From: Calditrichales bacterium
GTDB lineage: Bacteria > Calditrichota > Calditrichia > Calditrichales > J004
Reading direction: 5' to 3'
Assembly: GCA_965267575.1 (NCBI GenBank)
Contig: OZ254086.1
Location: 1,824,001 to 1,888,000 of the forward strand
DNA: 64,000 nucleotides
Shown here piece by piece: positions 50,673-60,407 of the stretch (positions are counted from its first letter, which is position 1; every line of letters starts with the position of its first letter). The notes beneath the pieces are model-generated. The model did not search any database and was not told the DNA's origin. It worked only from the letters and a program-made list of their open reading frames with translations. Made by a program: the position numbers and the translations under genes.

Positions 50673-50747
50673 GTCGTGAAGTCAGGAGGTCCGGAAGTCT
50701 CGAAGTCTTCTTTTCCTTTCTCATTATCTTAAGCTTTATCAATTCTT

Positions 50748-50782
50748 AATGCCGGGAGATGCGCATCTCCCGGCATTTTTTT
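50748..50782. terminator. Terminator between convergent genes (perfect 30-bp palindrome)
   Basis: aatgccgggagat-gcgc-atctcccggcatt then T-run. Confidence 0.8.
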
Positions 50783-50785
50783 ATT

Positions 50786-52189
50786 CTACTTTGTAAAATA
50801 ATCCATCACTTCCTCCAGTGCCGCCGAGCAGACCGGATCAAACGGCGCCATGCTCAGGCTGAACATGCGGCAATCCACCGAGGGACGATACAGGCCATAT
50901 TGTTCATAGCCCGCGCCTTCAAAGGCACCTGCTCTGCCGCTCCACGGACTGTTGTCCAGAACCGCCTGTTGCTTTTGGATGTACGGTTCACGCTTTTCGT
51001 AATAATCTGCGGCCAGGCGATCCAGTTTACCGCGCTCAAAGGCCAGGCTGTCATACAGCTCTTTCTGCCACGGAGTGGGCAGCGGGGTATCTTCCGCCAC
51101 AAATTCTTTCCATTTCAGATTGTCTTTATCCAGCAGCGCTGTAACATTGCGCTCCCACGGTTCCACGTCCTTTTTGTAGAATTCTTCATAGCTGATCTGC
51201 GAGCTGTAATACTCATCGCCCAGACCGGCAAAACTGTGGCCGAATTCGTGGACGTACACGTAGTCCATCTGCCAGGCCTGATCGGGGTGATCCGGGATGG
51301 CGTAGGTGGTCGTGTACAGGTTGTAAATGCCCCCGCCGCCGTAGCGGTCATCGTTGATCAGGATGTTTACGTAATCGTACGGAACCAGGCCAGCGGCGTC
51401 GCGCAGTGCCTTATTGTTTTCAGTAAGAATGTAACGTGCCGAGCCGAACGTATTGTATTCGCAACCCAGGGCGCTATTCTTCCAGATCCCTTTGTCCGGT
51501 TTGGGGATACCGCTCACTTTGGAGGTCACCTCAACTATCCACACGTTGAAATCGTTTTTTCGCGATTTGAAAGGTTCCGTTTCAAACAGCTCATCGTTAA
51601 AATGGCGGGCGTCGCGCCGGAACTTAACCATGTCCCCCTCGGCATAGCCATCACCAACGATCACAAGGTCGACCTTTGTCGCCGGATCGCCGTTTTGCAT
51701 GATCGCGGTAACTTTCCAGTCCGGCTTTTCTGGTTTTGTGTTGACAGCCACTTTGTCATTTGGGTCTATCGTTGTTCGCCAGATTTCGTCGAATTCCATT
51801 TTGGCATTGCGTCTTGCAACCGCCAGTTCGACTTCGTTTTTAGGCTTGGGAAGCAGCCACGTTTCATGAAAAGTATGCCATCTTTGTTTGGCTTCAGCCG
51901 TTGTTTGCCATTCGTTAAAAACTGTGGAATAGCCGCGGCTGTAAATAAGCTGGCCGCTTTCGGCGTCATACATTCTCACCTGGTATTCCCCCAGGTTAAG
52001 CGGGGTGATCATCTGCGTGCGCGTACCGGCCCACTCCCCGTCCTCATAAAGCTGATCCAGCGCAAACAGCTCTTCGCCTTTCGTGCCGGTGTGATAGTAA
52101 TCCACCCGCAGCGTTTTGCCCGTAAAGTGATCGCTAAAAGACTGCGCCCACAACGCCGACGCCATAAAAACCAACAAAAGAGATTTCAT
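50786..52189 (-). CDS. Peptidase M64 (IgA peptidase family), exported
   Basis: ATG 52189 with signal peptide; KTLRVDYYHTG, YGGGGIYN, HEFGHSFAGLGDEY, AFEGAGY. Confidence 0.92.
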   Translation of the reverse strand: MKSLLLVFMASALWAQSFSDHFTGKTLRVDYYHTGTKGEELFALDQLYEDGEWAGTRTQMITPLNLGEYQVRMYDAESGQLIYSRGYSTVFNEWQTTAEAKQRWHTFHETWLLPKPKNEVELAVARRNAKMEFDEIWRTTIDPNDKVAVNTKPEKPDWKVTAIMQNGDPATKVDLVIVGDGYAEGDMVKFRRDARHFNDELFETEPFKSRKNDFNVWIVEVTSKVSGIPKPDKGIWKNSALGCEYNTFGSARYILTENNKALRDAAGLVPYDYVNILINDDRYGGGGIYNLYTTTYAIPDHPDQAWQMDYVYVHEFGHSFAGLGDEYYSSQISYEEFYKKDVEPWERNVTALLDKDNLKWKEFVAEDTPLPTPWQKELYDSLAFERGKLDRLAADYYEKREPYIQKQQAVLDNSPWSGRAGAFEGAGYEQYGLYRPSVDCRMFSLSMAPFDPVCSAALEEVMDYFTK

Positions 52190-52396
52190 TCCACCCTCCA
52201 CTGAGTTAGTCAGATCGAAGCACAAATTTATACAAAGTGAAAAGCCGTTCAAGTTAATATAGTTTCGAAGTTTCGAAGTCAGGAAGTCAAAAGTCATAGG
52301 TCATCCTGATCGTGATCATGCTCCTTGATTTTTTACGTCTCCCGGTTGGAGGTTCCGGTGTGTCTCAGCCGCTATGTCGGATGATACTTATTTTGT

Positions 52397-52564
52397 GTCG
52401 CTCTGAGTGTTCCTGTCATTCCGGTCTTAACGCCGGGATCTGACAGAAGACAAAGTACCACTTGAGTCCATGAAAGAACTGAGTAGAGCGTGAAGTGCTC
52501 CTCATGTATGATGTAATGGAAATATTCATTGCCTATTGAGATGCTGAAACGAGTTCAGAGTGAC
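52397..52564. repeat. REP-like palindromic remnants
   Basis: gtcgctctga...tcagagtgac outer arms; internal gtcattccggtcttaacgccgggatc and gagatgctgaaacgagttcag. Confidence 0.5.
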
Positions 52565-52654
52565 GTCTGAATACATTAGCACTTTAATACGCTAACACAT
52601 AGCACCTTAACACTTTTTTCTTGCATCGGCGAATTACGTCTTATATATTTCAAT

Positions 52655-52674
52655 CGTTTCAAAAAAATCAAACG
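52655..52674. promoter_or_regulatory. Putative operator CGTTT-N10-AAACG (site 1)
   Basis: cgttt-caaaaaaatc-aaacg just before the regulator ATG. Confidence 0.6.
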
Positions 52675-52677
52675 CTT

Positions 52678-53160
52678 ATGCCCGACGCCCTTTCTCTCAA
52701 ACAGGAATTTGTCCAGGATTATGGTGAAGCCTACCAGCACTTCGGTTTGCCCGTGCTGATGGGCCGCATTGTCGGTCTGCTTCTGTTTGAAGGTCGGCCG
52801 GTGAGCCTGGATGAAATTACCAGTGAGCTGGGAGTTAGCAAGGGGCCTGTCAGTCAGATTGTACGGCGGCTGCGTGACCACAACCTGGTGCTGCGCAAAT
52901 GGGTGCCCGGGGACCGTAAAGATTATTATGAAGCCGATCCCAATATTTTTGGCAACGCCTTCCAACACCGTATCGCCCTTATGCAAAGCAATCTCGACCT
53001 GGCGCAGAAATATATCAAGCTGCTGGAGACGACCGACAACAGTGCCCCACAGGCCTTCCGCGACAACGTGCAGGAAATGGCCGATTTTTACACGCTGATG
53101 ACCACGCATTTTAAGGTTTTTGCGGATGAGTGGCAGGAGCAACGGACGAAGAAAAAATGA
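52678..53160 (+). CDS. GbsR/MarR family transcriptional regulator
   Basis: FGLPVLMGRIVGLL, SLDEITSELGVSKGPVS, PGDRKDYY. Confidence 0.9.
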   Translation: MPDALSLKQEFVQDYGEAYQHFGLPVLMGRIVGLLLFEGRPVSLDEITSELGVSKGPVSQIVRRLRDHNLVLRKWVPGDRKDYYEADPNIFGNAFQHRIALMQSNLDLAQKYIKLLETTDNSAPQAFRDNVQEMADFYTLMTTHFKVFADEWQEQRTKKK

Positions 53161-53270
53161 GTTTTCTTATCTCCCCTTAAAAAAGGGGACCAAGGGGTTG
53201 TAAGCTAATTTTTGGAGCAATTTTGAAGGACAACCCTCGTGCCCCTTTCATACCGGGGTTATGTAGTTTG

Positions 53271-53290
53271 CGTTTTAAAATTTTCAAACG
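53271..53290. promoter_or_regulatory. Putative operator CGTTT-N10-AAACG (site 2)
   Basis: cgttt-taaaattttc-aaacg 30 bp before the SDR ATG. Confidence 0.6.
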
Positions 53291-53320
53291 ATCAAAAAGC
53301 TTAGACGGGAGAAGTGAAAA

Positions 53321-54049
53321 ATGAAGCGGCTTCAGGATAAAGTGGCCATCATTACCGGTGGAGCGCAAGGAATCGGCGCGGAAACCGCCAAAGTTTTTGC
53401 CGAAAACGGTGCGCGTGTCTTCATCTGGGATGTTAACGCTGATGCCGGTGAGGCTTTGGCCAAAGAGATCGGCGGACAATTCTTAAGGGTTGATGTGGCG
53501 GATAAATCCAGCGTTGACGCGGCAACCGGCAAAGTAAAAGACGAAGCGGGACGGATTGACATTCTGGTCAATAATGCCGGCATTACCCGCGACGCCACCC
53601 TGCACAAAATGGAAGAGGCGCAGTGGGATCAGGTCATTGACATCAACCTGAAGGGTGTCTTTTTGTGCGGGCAGGCCGTGGCCAAAGTGATGCGCGAACA
53701 GGGCAGCGGCATAATCCTCAATACCAGCTCGGTGGTGGCGTTGTATGGCAACTTTGGTCAGACCAACTACGTGGCGGCCAAATCCGGACTGATTGGCATG
53801 ACCCGCGTCTGGGCCCGTGAACTGGGTTTTAAAGGCGTGCGTGTTAACGCCGTGGCCCCCGGTTTCATTGCCACAGAAATGGTGAAAACCGTGCCAGCAA
53901 AAGTGATTCAATCGCTGGAAGAGAAAACACCGCTGGGACGTCTCGGTGATCCCAAAGATATCGCCAACGCCTATCTCTTCCTGGCATCGGATGAGGCGGC
54001 GTTTATTACCGGCGCGGTGCTCAGCGTGGACGGCGGCCTGGTGCTATAG
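53321..54049 (+). CDS. 3-oxoacyl-ACP/acetoacetyl-CoA reductase family SDR (FabG/PhaB-like)
   Basis: TGGAQGIG, NNAGITRD, GNFGQTNYVAAK, VAPGFI. Confidence 0.92.
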   Translation: MKRLQDKVAIITGGAQGIGAETAKVFAENGARVFIWDVNADAGEALAKEIGGQFLRVDVADKSSVDAATGKVKDEAGRIDILVNNAGITRDATLHKMEEAQWDQVIDINLKGVFLCGQAVAKVMREQGSGIILNTSSVVALYGNFGQTNYVAAKSGLIGMTRVWARELGFKGVRVNAVAPGFIATEMVKTVPAKVIQSLEEKTPLGRLGDPKDIANAYLFLASDEAAFITGAVLSVDGGLVL

Positions 54050-54100
54050 ACGAACCAAAATCCACCAATTAGAAAATTCACTCATTGATTCGGAAGGCGC

Positions 54101-55090
54101 ATGCGAAACGCGATTATAACTACAACAGCCATGGCGGTGCCGCGAAAGGTTCTGCCCAACAGTTACTTTAACGAACTGCTCGGCGAAGATGTCGACACAT
54201 GGCTGCGAGAGAACCTGACCATCCACGAACGGCGCTGGCTGGCGGAGGACGAAAGCACCGCCGACCTGTGCGAAGGAGCGGCCAGGGAGATCCTGAAAAA
54301 ATCGGGCTTGGCGGCGGAACAACTGGACCTGATCATCATTGCCACCGATACCCCGGAGTACATTTCACCAAGCACCGCCTCGGTGCTGCAGCATCGCCTG
54401 GGGGCAAAAAACGCCGGCACTTTTGATATGAACACCGCCTGCGCCGGTTTTGTGACCGCTCTGGACACGGGCAGCAAATACATTCGTGCCGACCAAAAAT
54501 ATAACAATGTGCTGGTGATTGGCGCCTATGGCATGTCCAAGTACCTCAACATGCAGGACAAAAAAACGGTGACCCTGTTTGCCGACGGCGCGGCCGGTGT
54601 TTTGCTGAAGGCATCCGAAGACGAAGGACATGGCATGCTGGGATCGCAGCTGCACACCGAAGGCCAGTACCACGGCTGGATGGGTATTTACGCCGGCGGC
54701 ACACACGAGCCGATCGACCAGAACGCGCTCAGCAACGGCGATCATAAACTTAAATTTGTCAAAAAATTTCCAAAAGAAATCAACCCAACCACCTGGGCAC
54801 GCATGGTACGTCAGGTAGCGGATGAGGCCAGCCTGCGGGTCAGCGATATCGACCACATATTTTTCACGCAGATCAACATCAACAGCATTTATGAAACGAT
54901 GGAGATGCTCGGGCTGCCGATAGATCGCACGCACACCGTGATGGATCGCTATGCCTACACCGGCTCGGCCTGCATCCCGATGGCCCTGGCCGAGGCTAAT
55001 GCGCAGGGAAAAATCAAAAAGGGTGATGTGGTCTTTTTTATGGGCTCCGGCGGGGGGCTGGCTTTTGCCTGCGCCGCTTTCCGCTGGTGA
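54101..55090 (+). CDS. KAS III (FabH)-family protein with non-canonical active site
   Basis: ATDTP, ACAGF (catalytic Cys), LFADGA, GSGGGL; TQIN replaces HQAN and AYTGSA replaces GNTSAA. Confidence 0.9.
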   Translation: MRNAIITTTAMAVPRKVLPNSYFNELLGEDVDTWLRENLTIHERRWLAEDESTADLCEGAAREILKKSGLAAEQLDLIIIATDTPEYISPSTASVLQHRLGAKNAGTFDMNTACAGFVTALDTGSKYIRADQKYNNVLVIGAYGMSKYLNMQDKKTVTLFADGAAGVLLKASEDEGHGMLGSQLHTEGQYHGWMGIYAGGTHEPIDQNALSNGDHKLKFVKKFPKEINPTTWARMVRQVADEASLRVSDIDHIFFTQININSIYETMEMLGLPIDRTHTVMDRYAYTGSACIPMALAEANAQGKIKKGDVVFFMGSGGGLAFACAAFRW

Positions 55091-55094
55091 AGAA

Positions 55095-55202
55095 AACCAC
55101 GGAGGCGCAGAGAATTACACGGAGTGCTCGGAGGTGCTAATTTTTTTTCAAACAGTTTTAATCTCAGTGGCCTCAGTGTTCTGCTCCGTGAACTCTGTGG
55201 TT
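55095..55202. repeat. Palindromic intergenic element
   Basis: aaccacggag...ctctgtggtt ends with internal cacggag/ctccgtg units. Confidence 0.65.
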
Positions 55203-55273
55203 AGACTGTAGCGCAAGGGATGCATGGAAAAGCTTGGTGCACTAGTTCAACAATCTACATTTAAAGGAGAAAG

Positions 55274-56764
55274 ATGCACGATTGGGGTATGGCCGGCTGG
55301 ATTCTGATCGGTCTTTACATGACGGTGACTTTGGTGTTCGTGGTACGCGGTGCCGTGCGCATCAAAAACATGTCCGATTACGCCCTCGGTAATATCTTCT
55401 TTTCGCCGGTGGCCGTCGGGCTGGCCCTCGCCGCATCGATGACCTCCGCCGCCACCTTTATCATCAATCCCGGTTTTGTGGCTATTTATGGCGTCACTGC
55501 CGTCATCTCGTACGCCTTTGTTCTGCCTGTCGCGGCGATGACCTCACTGGTGATTCTCACCAAAAGCTTCCGCGCCCACGGCAGCACAGTCAAGGCGCTT
55601 AGCATGGCGCAATGGATGTCGACGCGCTACAAATCCCCCGGCTACGGTTTTTTCTTCGCCATCCTCTCGCTGCTGCTTATCACCTTCATCGTGCTGATTT
55701 GTGTCGGTTTGACCAAGGTGATCTCCAAAACCCTGGACATATCGGAAATGACCGCGCTGGCCGGTATCGTGATTTTCATTTTTGGCTATATGATGTACGG
55801 CGGCGCCAACTCGATGGTCTATACCAACACCATCCAGGCGCTGGTAATGATCGTTGTGGCCATTATTTTGCTGACCAGCGGCTACGAGCATTTCAGCAAC
55901 GGCGTCCACGGTTTACTGGATAAGCTGGCTGCGATCGATCCGGCCCTTGCCCAACCGCTAAATAAAAACAGTTTCCTTTTCCGCGACTACTTCGAAATCG
56001 GTTTTGTTCAAATTGTGGTGGGCATTGCCATTGTCTGCCAGCCGCACATCATCACCAAGTCGCTTTTGCTCAAAGACGACAAAGGCGTCAACCGCTATCT
56101 CACCGTCGCTGTGGTTACGGAAATCCTCTTCTTTCTCGTGGTCATCGCCGGGCTTTACGCGCGTTTTGCTTTTCCGGATCTCACCTTCAACGGTGAACCG
56201 TTAAAGATGGACGGGATCATTTCGGCCTACGTGGTTAAGGAGTTCCCCGTTTACATCGGTCTCGTGGTTGTGCTGGGCCTCATTTCCGCCGGCATTTCCA
56301 CGCTGGAAGGCCTGATCCAGGCGCTGGCTACCACCATCACAGAAGACATCATCCGGCCTGTAAGCCGCAAGCTGGACAAAGTTCGGTTTATTGACAAAAA
56401 CGGCATTCTTATAAATAAAGGTGTGATTGCCTTGTTGGCGCTGGTGAGCATCTGGCTCTCCTGGGACCAGTTGGTCAATCCCAAGCTGAGCGTGGCCATT
56501 TTTGCCCAGAACGGGGTTTACGCTTACTTCGCCGCAGCGTTCTTGCCCATCGTGCTGGGTATGTTTGTAAAAGAGCTGCCGCGTGTGGTACCGATTGCCG
56601 CTTCGGTGACGGCTGTAATCGTCCATTTCACCATGTATTATGCCAAACTGCCGGTGCCTTTCAGCGCGGCCACGGGTGAAAATCCCGGTGTGGCGGCGGC
56701 GGTTGCCATCATCATTTCGGCGGTTGTTGCCTTTCACCTGATGCTGGTTTACAGGGGGAAATAG
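55274..56764 (+). CDS. Sodium:solute symporter family protein
   Basis: About 13 TM helices, SMTSAATFI, YGGANS..YTNTIQ, QPHI, SAGIST. Confidence 0.88.
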   Translation: MHDWGMAGWILIGLYMTVTLVFVVRGAVRIKNMSDYALGNIFFSPVAVGLALAASMTSAATFIINPGFVAIYGVTAVISYAFVLPVAAMTSLVILTKSFRAHGSTVKALSMAQWMSTRYKSPGYGFFFAILSLLLITFIVLICVGLTKVISKTLDISEMTALAGIVIFIFGYMMYGGANSMVYTNTIQALVMIVVAIILLTSGYEHFSNGVHGLLDKLAAIDPALAQPLNKNSFLFRDYFEIGFVQIVVGIAIVCQPHIITKSLLLKDDKGVNRYLTVAVVTEILFFLVVIAGLYARFAFPDLTFNGEPLKMDGIISAYVVKEFPVYIGLVVVLGLISAGISTLEGLIQALATTITEDIIRPVSRKLDKVRFIDKNGILINKGVIALLALVSIWLSWDQLVNPKLSVAIFAQNGVYAYFAAAFLPIVLGMFVKELPRVVPIAASVTAVIVHFTMYYAKLPVPFSAATGENPGVAAAVAIIISAVVAFHLMLVYRGK

Positions 56765-56766
56765 CT

Positions 56767-58257
56767 ATGATGTACGCGACAGACTGGCTGGAAAAATGGG
56801 CAGCTTACAGCCCCGGCCGAATGGCATTACGTGAGCACAGTCGCGACCTGCAGTGGAGCTACAAAGAGATGAATGGCCGCGTAGACGCGCTGGCCGCTCA
56901 CATGCGCAACGAGTGGAAACTGCAGCCCGGTGACCGCCTGGCTGTTTACTCTAAAAACTGCGCCGAGTATGTCTTTCTCTTTTTTGCCTGCATTAAAAGT
57001 GGCGTGATTATGGTGCCGCTCAATTTCCGCCTGATGCCCGAAGAACTGAATGTGCTGCTTGGCGACGCAGAACCCACACTTTTGCTTTACGAAAAAGAAT
57101 TCGCTGCGCAGGTCAGCGCTTTACAAATGTCTGAAAACGGCGCCCTCAAAAGGCTGGATGAGCTGACGCCATTTCTTATAGAGAAAGCGCTCCCAAAAGC
57201 TTTTGCGCAATCACTGCCCGTGGAGAGCGAGCGCGCCATAATGATCCTTTATACATCGGGAACGACCGGTCTGCCCAAAGGCGCCATGATCAACCATAGG
57301 ATGCTGTTCTGGAACTCCATCAACACCGGGCTGCGCCTCAACATCACCGCCGATGACCACACGCAGAGTTTCGCGCCGTTTTTCCACACCGGCGGCTGGA
57401 ATGTGCTGCTGACGCCCTTTTTCCATCACGGGGCCTCGCACACGCTGCTGGACGGTTTTGACGCCGGTCTGATCCTGAGGCTGATGGAAGAGGAAAAATC
57501 GACCTTGCTGTTTGGCGTGCCCACTATGCTGCAAATGATGGCCGATGATCCGGCCTTTGAAAAATGCAATCTGCAAAGCGTGCGCTACGCTATTGTCGGC
57601 GGAGCGCCCATGCCCAAACCGCTGATTGATACCTGGCACGAAAAAGGCATCGCCATCCGTCAGGGCTATGGCCTCACCGAGGTTGGCCCCAACTGCTTCT
57701 CGCTGCATCAGGACGATGCCATCCGCAAGAAAGGCTCCATCGGCCTGCCCAATTTTTACATCGATGCGCGCGTGGTTGGCGAAGACGGTCATGATTGCGA
57801 GGCCGGCGACGTGGGAGAGTTGTGGTTGAAATCCCCCGTGGTGACACCCGGCTACTGGCGCAATCCAAAGGCCACAAATGGGGCCATAACCGACGGCTGG
57901 TTCCACACCGGCGACATGGTGACCCGTGATGACGAGGGCTACTACTACGTGGTGGATCGCAAAAAAAACATGTTTATCAGCGGCGGCGAAAATGTGTACC
58001 CCGCCGAAGTGGAAAAATTTTTGTACAGCCATCCGGCGATCAAAGAGGTTTGCGTGATTGGCGTGCCCGACGATAAATGGGGCGAAGTGGGCAAGGCGTT
58101 TGTCGTGCTGAAAAAAAAATCTGCTGAAACGGAAGAAAGCATCCGCGCCTTTTGCAAGGGGCGTATTGCCGGCTACAAAACGCCCAAACATGTAGCCTTT
58201 GTCGATGAACTGCCCAAAAACGCTGCCGGAAAAATTGACCGAAAATCCCTTTACTAG
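56767..58257 (+). CDS. Acyl-CoA synthetase (AMP-forming; FadD/MenE-like)
   Basis: YTSGTTGLPKG, QGYGLTE, WFHTGD, SGGENVYPAEVE, AGKIDR. Confidence 0.92.
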   Translation: MMYATDWLEKWAAYSPGRMALREHSRDLQWSYKEMNGRVDALAAHMRNEWKLQPGDRLAVYSKNCAEYVFLFFACIKSGVIMVPLNFRLMPEELNVLLGDAEPTLLLYEKEFAAQVSALQMSENGALKRLDELTPFLIEKALPKAFAQSLPVESERAIMILYTSGTTGLPKGAMINHRMLFWNSINTGLRLNITADDHTQSFAPFFHTGGWNVLLTPFFHHGASHTLLDGFDAGLILRLMEEEKSTLLFGVPTMLQMMADDPAFEKCNLQSVRYAIVGGAPMPKPLIDTWHEKGIAIRQGYGLTEVGPNCFSLHQDDAIRKKGSIGLPNFYIDARVVGEDGHDCEAGDVGELWLKSPVVTPGYWRNPKATNGAITDGWFHTGDMVTRDDEGYYYVVDRKKNMFISGGENVYPAEVEKFLYSHPAIKEVCVIGVPDDKWGEVGKAFVVLKKKSAETEESIRAFCKGRIAGYKTPKHVAFVDELPKNAAGKIDRKSLY

Positions 58258-58290
58258 AAACCCTAACCAACCTTTACAGGAGGATTTGTT

Positions 58291-58797
58291 ATGAAGCGTT
58301 TAATTCATCTTTTAAGCCTGGTAGTACTGGCTTCCATGCTGGTTTGGTCCTGCAGCGAAGAAGACGACAGCGGTACCAACGGCAACAACAACACCGATCC
58401 CTGGGTCGGGACGTGGTTGAGTGCCGATGCCGACGTAGCGCCCCTTTTGGCGGCCGTTTTCAGTATTGACTCCGTCCGTGTTGAAATGAAGGACGACGGC
58501 AGCGTTTTCTTGGATCAGCATGTGATGGGCGCCGGCTGGACCAGCAACAGCGGTACTTACACCGTAACCGAAAGCGCCAGTGGCAATGTGCACAGTATTT
58601 CCATTTCCTACAGCTCGCCGGCTTTTGAGCAGGAAGGCATCGTCGAAATTACCGAAGGCTCGCCGGATGTAATGCGTCTCGAGGTGGTTCAGACTGTTCC
58701 GGACATTGGTGCCACGCCGCGCACACCGGCTACGGGTTTTGGCAGCGATACGGCACTGGGCACATCCAACATTCAAACCTACAGGCGTGTTGAATAA
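58291..58797 (+). CDS. Hypothetical lipoprotein
   Basis: Lipobox VWSC, acidic linker, WVGTW beta-rich domain; aggagg RBS. Confidence 0.8.
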   Translation: MKRLIHLLSLVVLASMLVWSCSEEDDSGTNGNNNTDPWVGTWLSADADVAPLLAAVFSIDSVRVEMKDDGSVFLDQHVMGAGWTSNSGTYTVTESASGNVHSISISYSSPAFEQEGIVEITEGSPDVMRLEVVQTVPDIGATPRTPATGFGSDTALGTSNIQTYRRVE

Positions 58798-58867
58798 TAC
58801 TCTTGTTGTTTAAAGGATTGTAATCGATCCAGGGATGGATTTTTAACTTTTACCACGGTAACGAACT

Positions 58868-60397
58868 ATGAAACGGATTCTTGCAATCGTTTTGCTGACC
58901 GGATCGCTGTGGGCGCAATCTTCCACCGACTATTTTGCGGAGGATAAGGAGATCTGGCCGCGCGAAGAGTTTACCTTTATCGGTTATTACTTCATGCGCA
59001 GCGAACAGGCCAACATTGCTCCTACCAATGAATTTTTGAAAGGTCAGGTGGTGGGTCGGTTGTTTGGCGGAAATACCACCAAAACATCGGATCGCACATC
59101 GGCCTTTACCGAGCAGCGCTTTATCCCGATCATCGCCTATTCGCCCCGGCTATTTGACGGATGGGCCACCATGCGCATGTCTTATGAGTTTGACTGGACC
59201 TGGGGTGATGCCAACTATGGCGCCGGCGGCAACTTCGGCGGCGCTTTCGGTGCGGATTTCGTCAATATGCAGACCCAGAACCTGTTCATCGAATTCCGGC
59301 CCGAGCGTAATATTTTTATCAATGCCGGATTAACCCGCCTTTTTGATAATGTGCGCGTGCCCGCTTACACCTTTACCAGCACGCTGCTCAATACGGGCTA
59401 CCGGCTTGCATTCTGGGGCTCCGATGCCAGCGGTCTGGCCGGCCATTATTACGGCGAACGCTATCGTGCCAAGGCCGGTGTCTACCAGCTCTATGAAAAC
59501 AACGTCGACCAAAACGATGATGTGATATTGCATGAGCTGCATGCCGAGTATGATCTCGATATCGTAAACACTATTGGTGCAACGGTGTGGTATTTAAAGG
59601 ACCGTGCCAATGGCGAGGGTGGTGTTTCCATCCTGGGGCAGGGACTCAATTCCGGCCTCAGCAACTACAACGGCGTCTATAATTTCAACTTCGGCGCGGA
59701 GCCCTATGAAGCGGACATCTTCTGGCTAGGCACGCACTTTCACGGCAACCCGCTTCTAAACCAGGGTCGTTTTGGGTACAACGGTTTTGCCGTTCTTAAC
59801 AGCGGCACAGCCAGGTCAGAATCACACGATGTGGATATTATGGGTTACGCCGCCAACCTGCGTCTGGCTTATAAGTACGGACGTACCGCCAACGACTATG
59901 TAGCTTTGGACGGTATTTTTACCAGCGGGGACAAAAGCAACATCGAAGATGGTAAATATACGGGTGTGCTTACCGGCAATAACTGGACGGCACCCGGCGC
60001 GGTTTTTATCAGCCACGGATTGTATCTGCTGCTGCCGCACGGTAATGTGGTGAACCGTTTCAACGGAGCGGTGATTGACATCCAGAACATCGGCTACGGA
60101 CTTGCCGGCGGGTCGCTTTCCGCGGCCTACGATATCGTTCCCAATAAATTCCGTGTTAAACTGGGCGCCGGCGCTGCTGCTTCCAATGTGGCACCGGTCG
60201 ACGGTGGTACATTGCTGGGCAGCGAGATCAACCTGAATCTGCTATACAGTCCAAAAGTGTTCATGGATATCGAGTTGCATGCAGCCTACCTGCAGTTGGG
60301 CGATTTCTTCGAAAGCCCGGTTGTAAACGGTGGCATCGACGGTACGCCGAAAGATCCCTGGACCGTTTTTCTGACCTTTAAATGGATCATGTTTTAA
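58868..60397 (+). CDS. Hypothetical outer-membrane beta-barrel (porin-like)
   Basis: Signal peptide, Gly/aromatic beta-strand pattern, ends FKWIMF. Confidence 0.75.
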   Translation: MKRILAIVLLTGSLWAQSSTDYFAEDKEIWPREEFTFIGYYFMRSEQANIAPTNEFLKGQVVGRLFGGNTTKTSDRTSAFTEQRFIPIIAYSPRLFDGWATMRMSYEFDWTWGDANYGAGGNFGGAFGADFVNMQTQNLFIEFRPERNIFINAGLTRLFDNVRVPAYTFTSTLLNTGYRLAFWGSDASGLAGHYYGERYRAKAGVYQLYENNVDQNDDVILHELHAEYDLDIVNTIGATVWYLKDRANGEGGVSILGQGLNSGLSNYNGVYNFNFGAEPYEADIFWLGTHFHGNPLLNQGRFGYNGFAVLNSGTARSESHDVDIMGYAANLRLAYKYGRTANDYVALDGIFTSGDKSNIEDGKYTGVLTGNNWTAPGAVFISHGLYLLLPHGNVVNRFNGAVIDIQNIGYGLAGGSLSAAYDIVPNKFRVKLGAGAAASNVAPVDGGTLLGSEINLNLLYSPKVFMDIELHAAYLQLGDFFESPVVNGGIDGTPKDPWTVFLTFKWIMF

Positions 60398-60407
60398 GGA
60401 GGGGGCA

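Noticed and set aside
50759-52204. 481-aa plus-strand ORF and other long antisense ORFs (e.g. 29000-30100, 43706-44596, 57211-58191)
   Set aside because: Shadows of well-supported genes on the opposite strand
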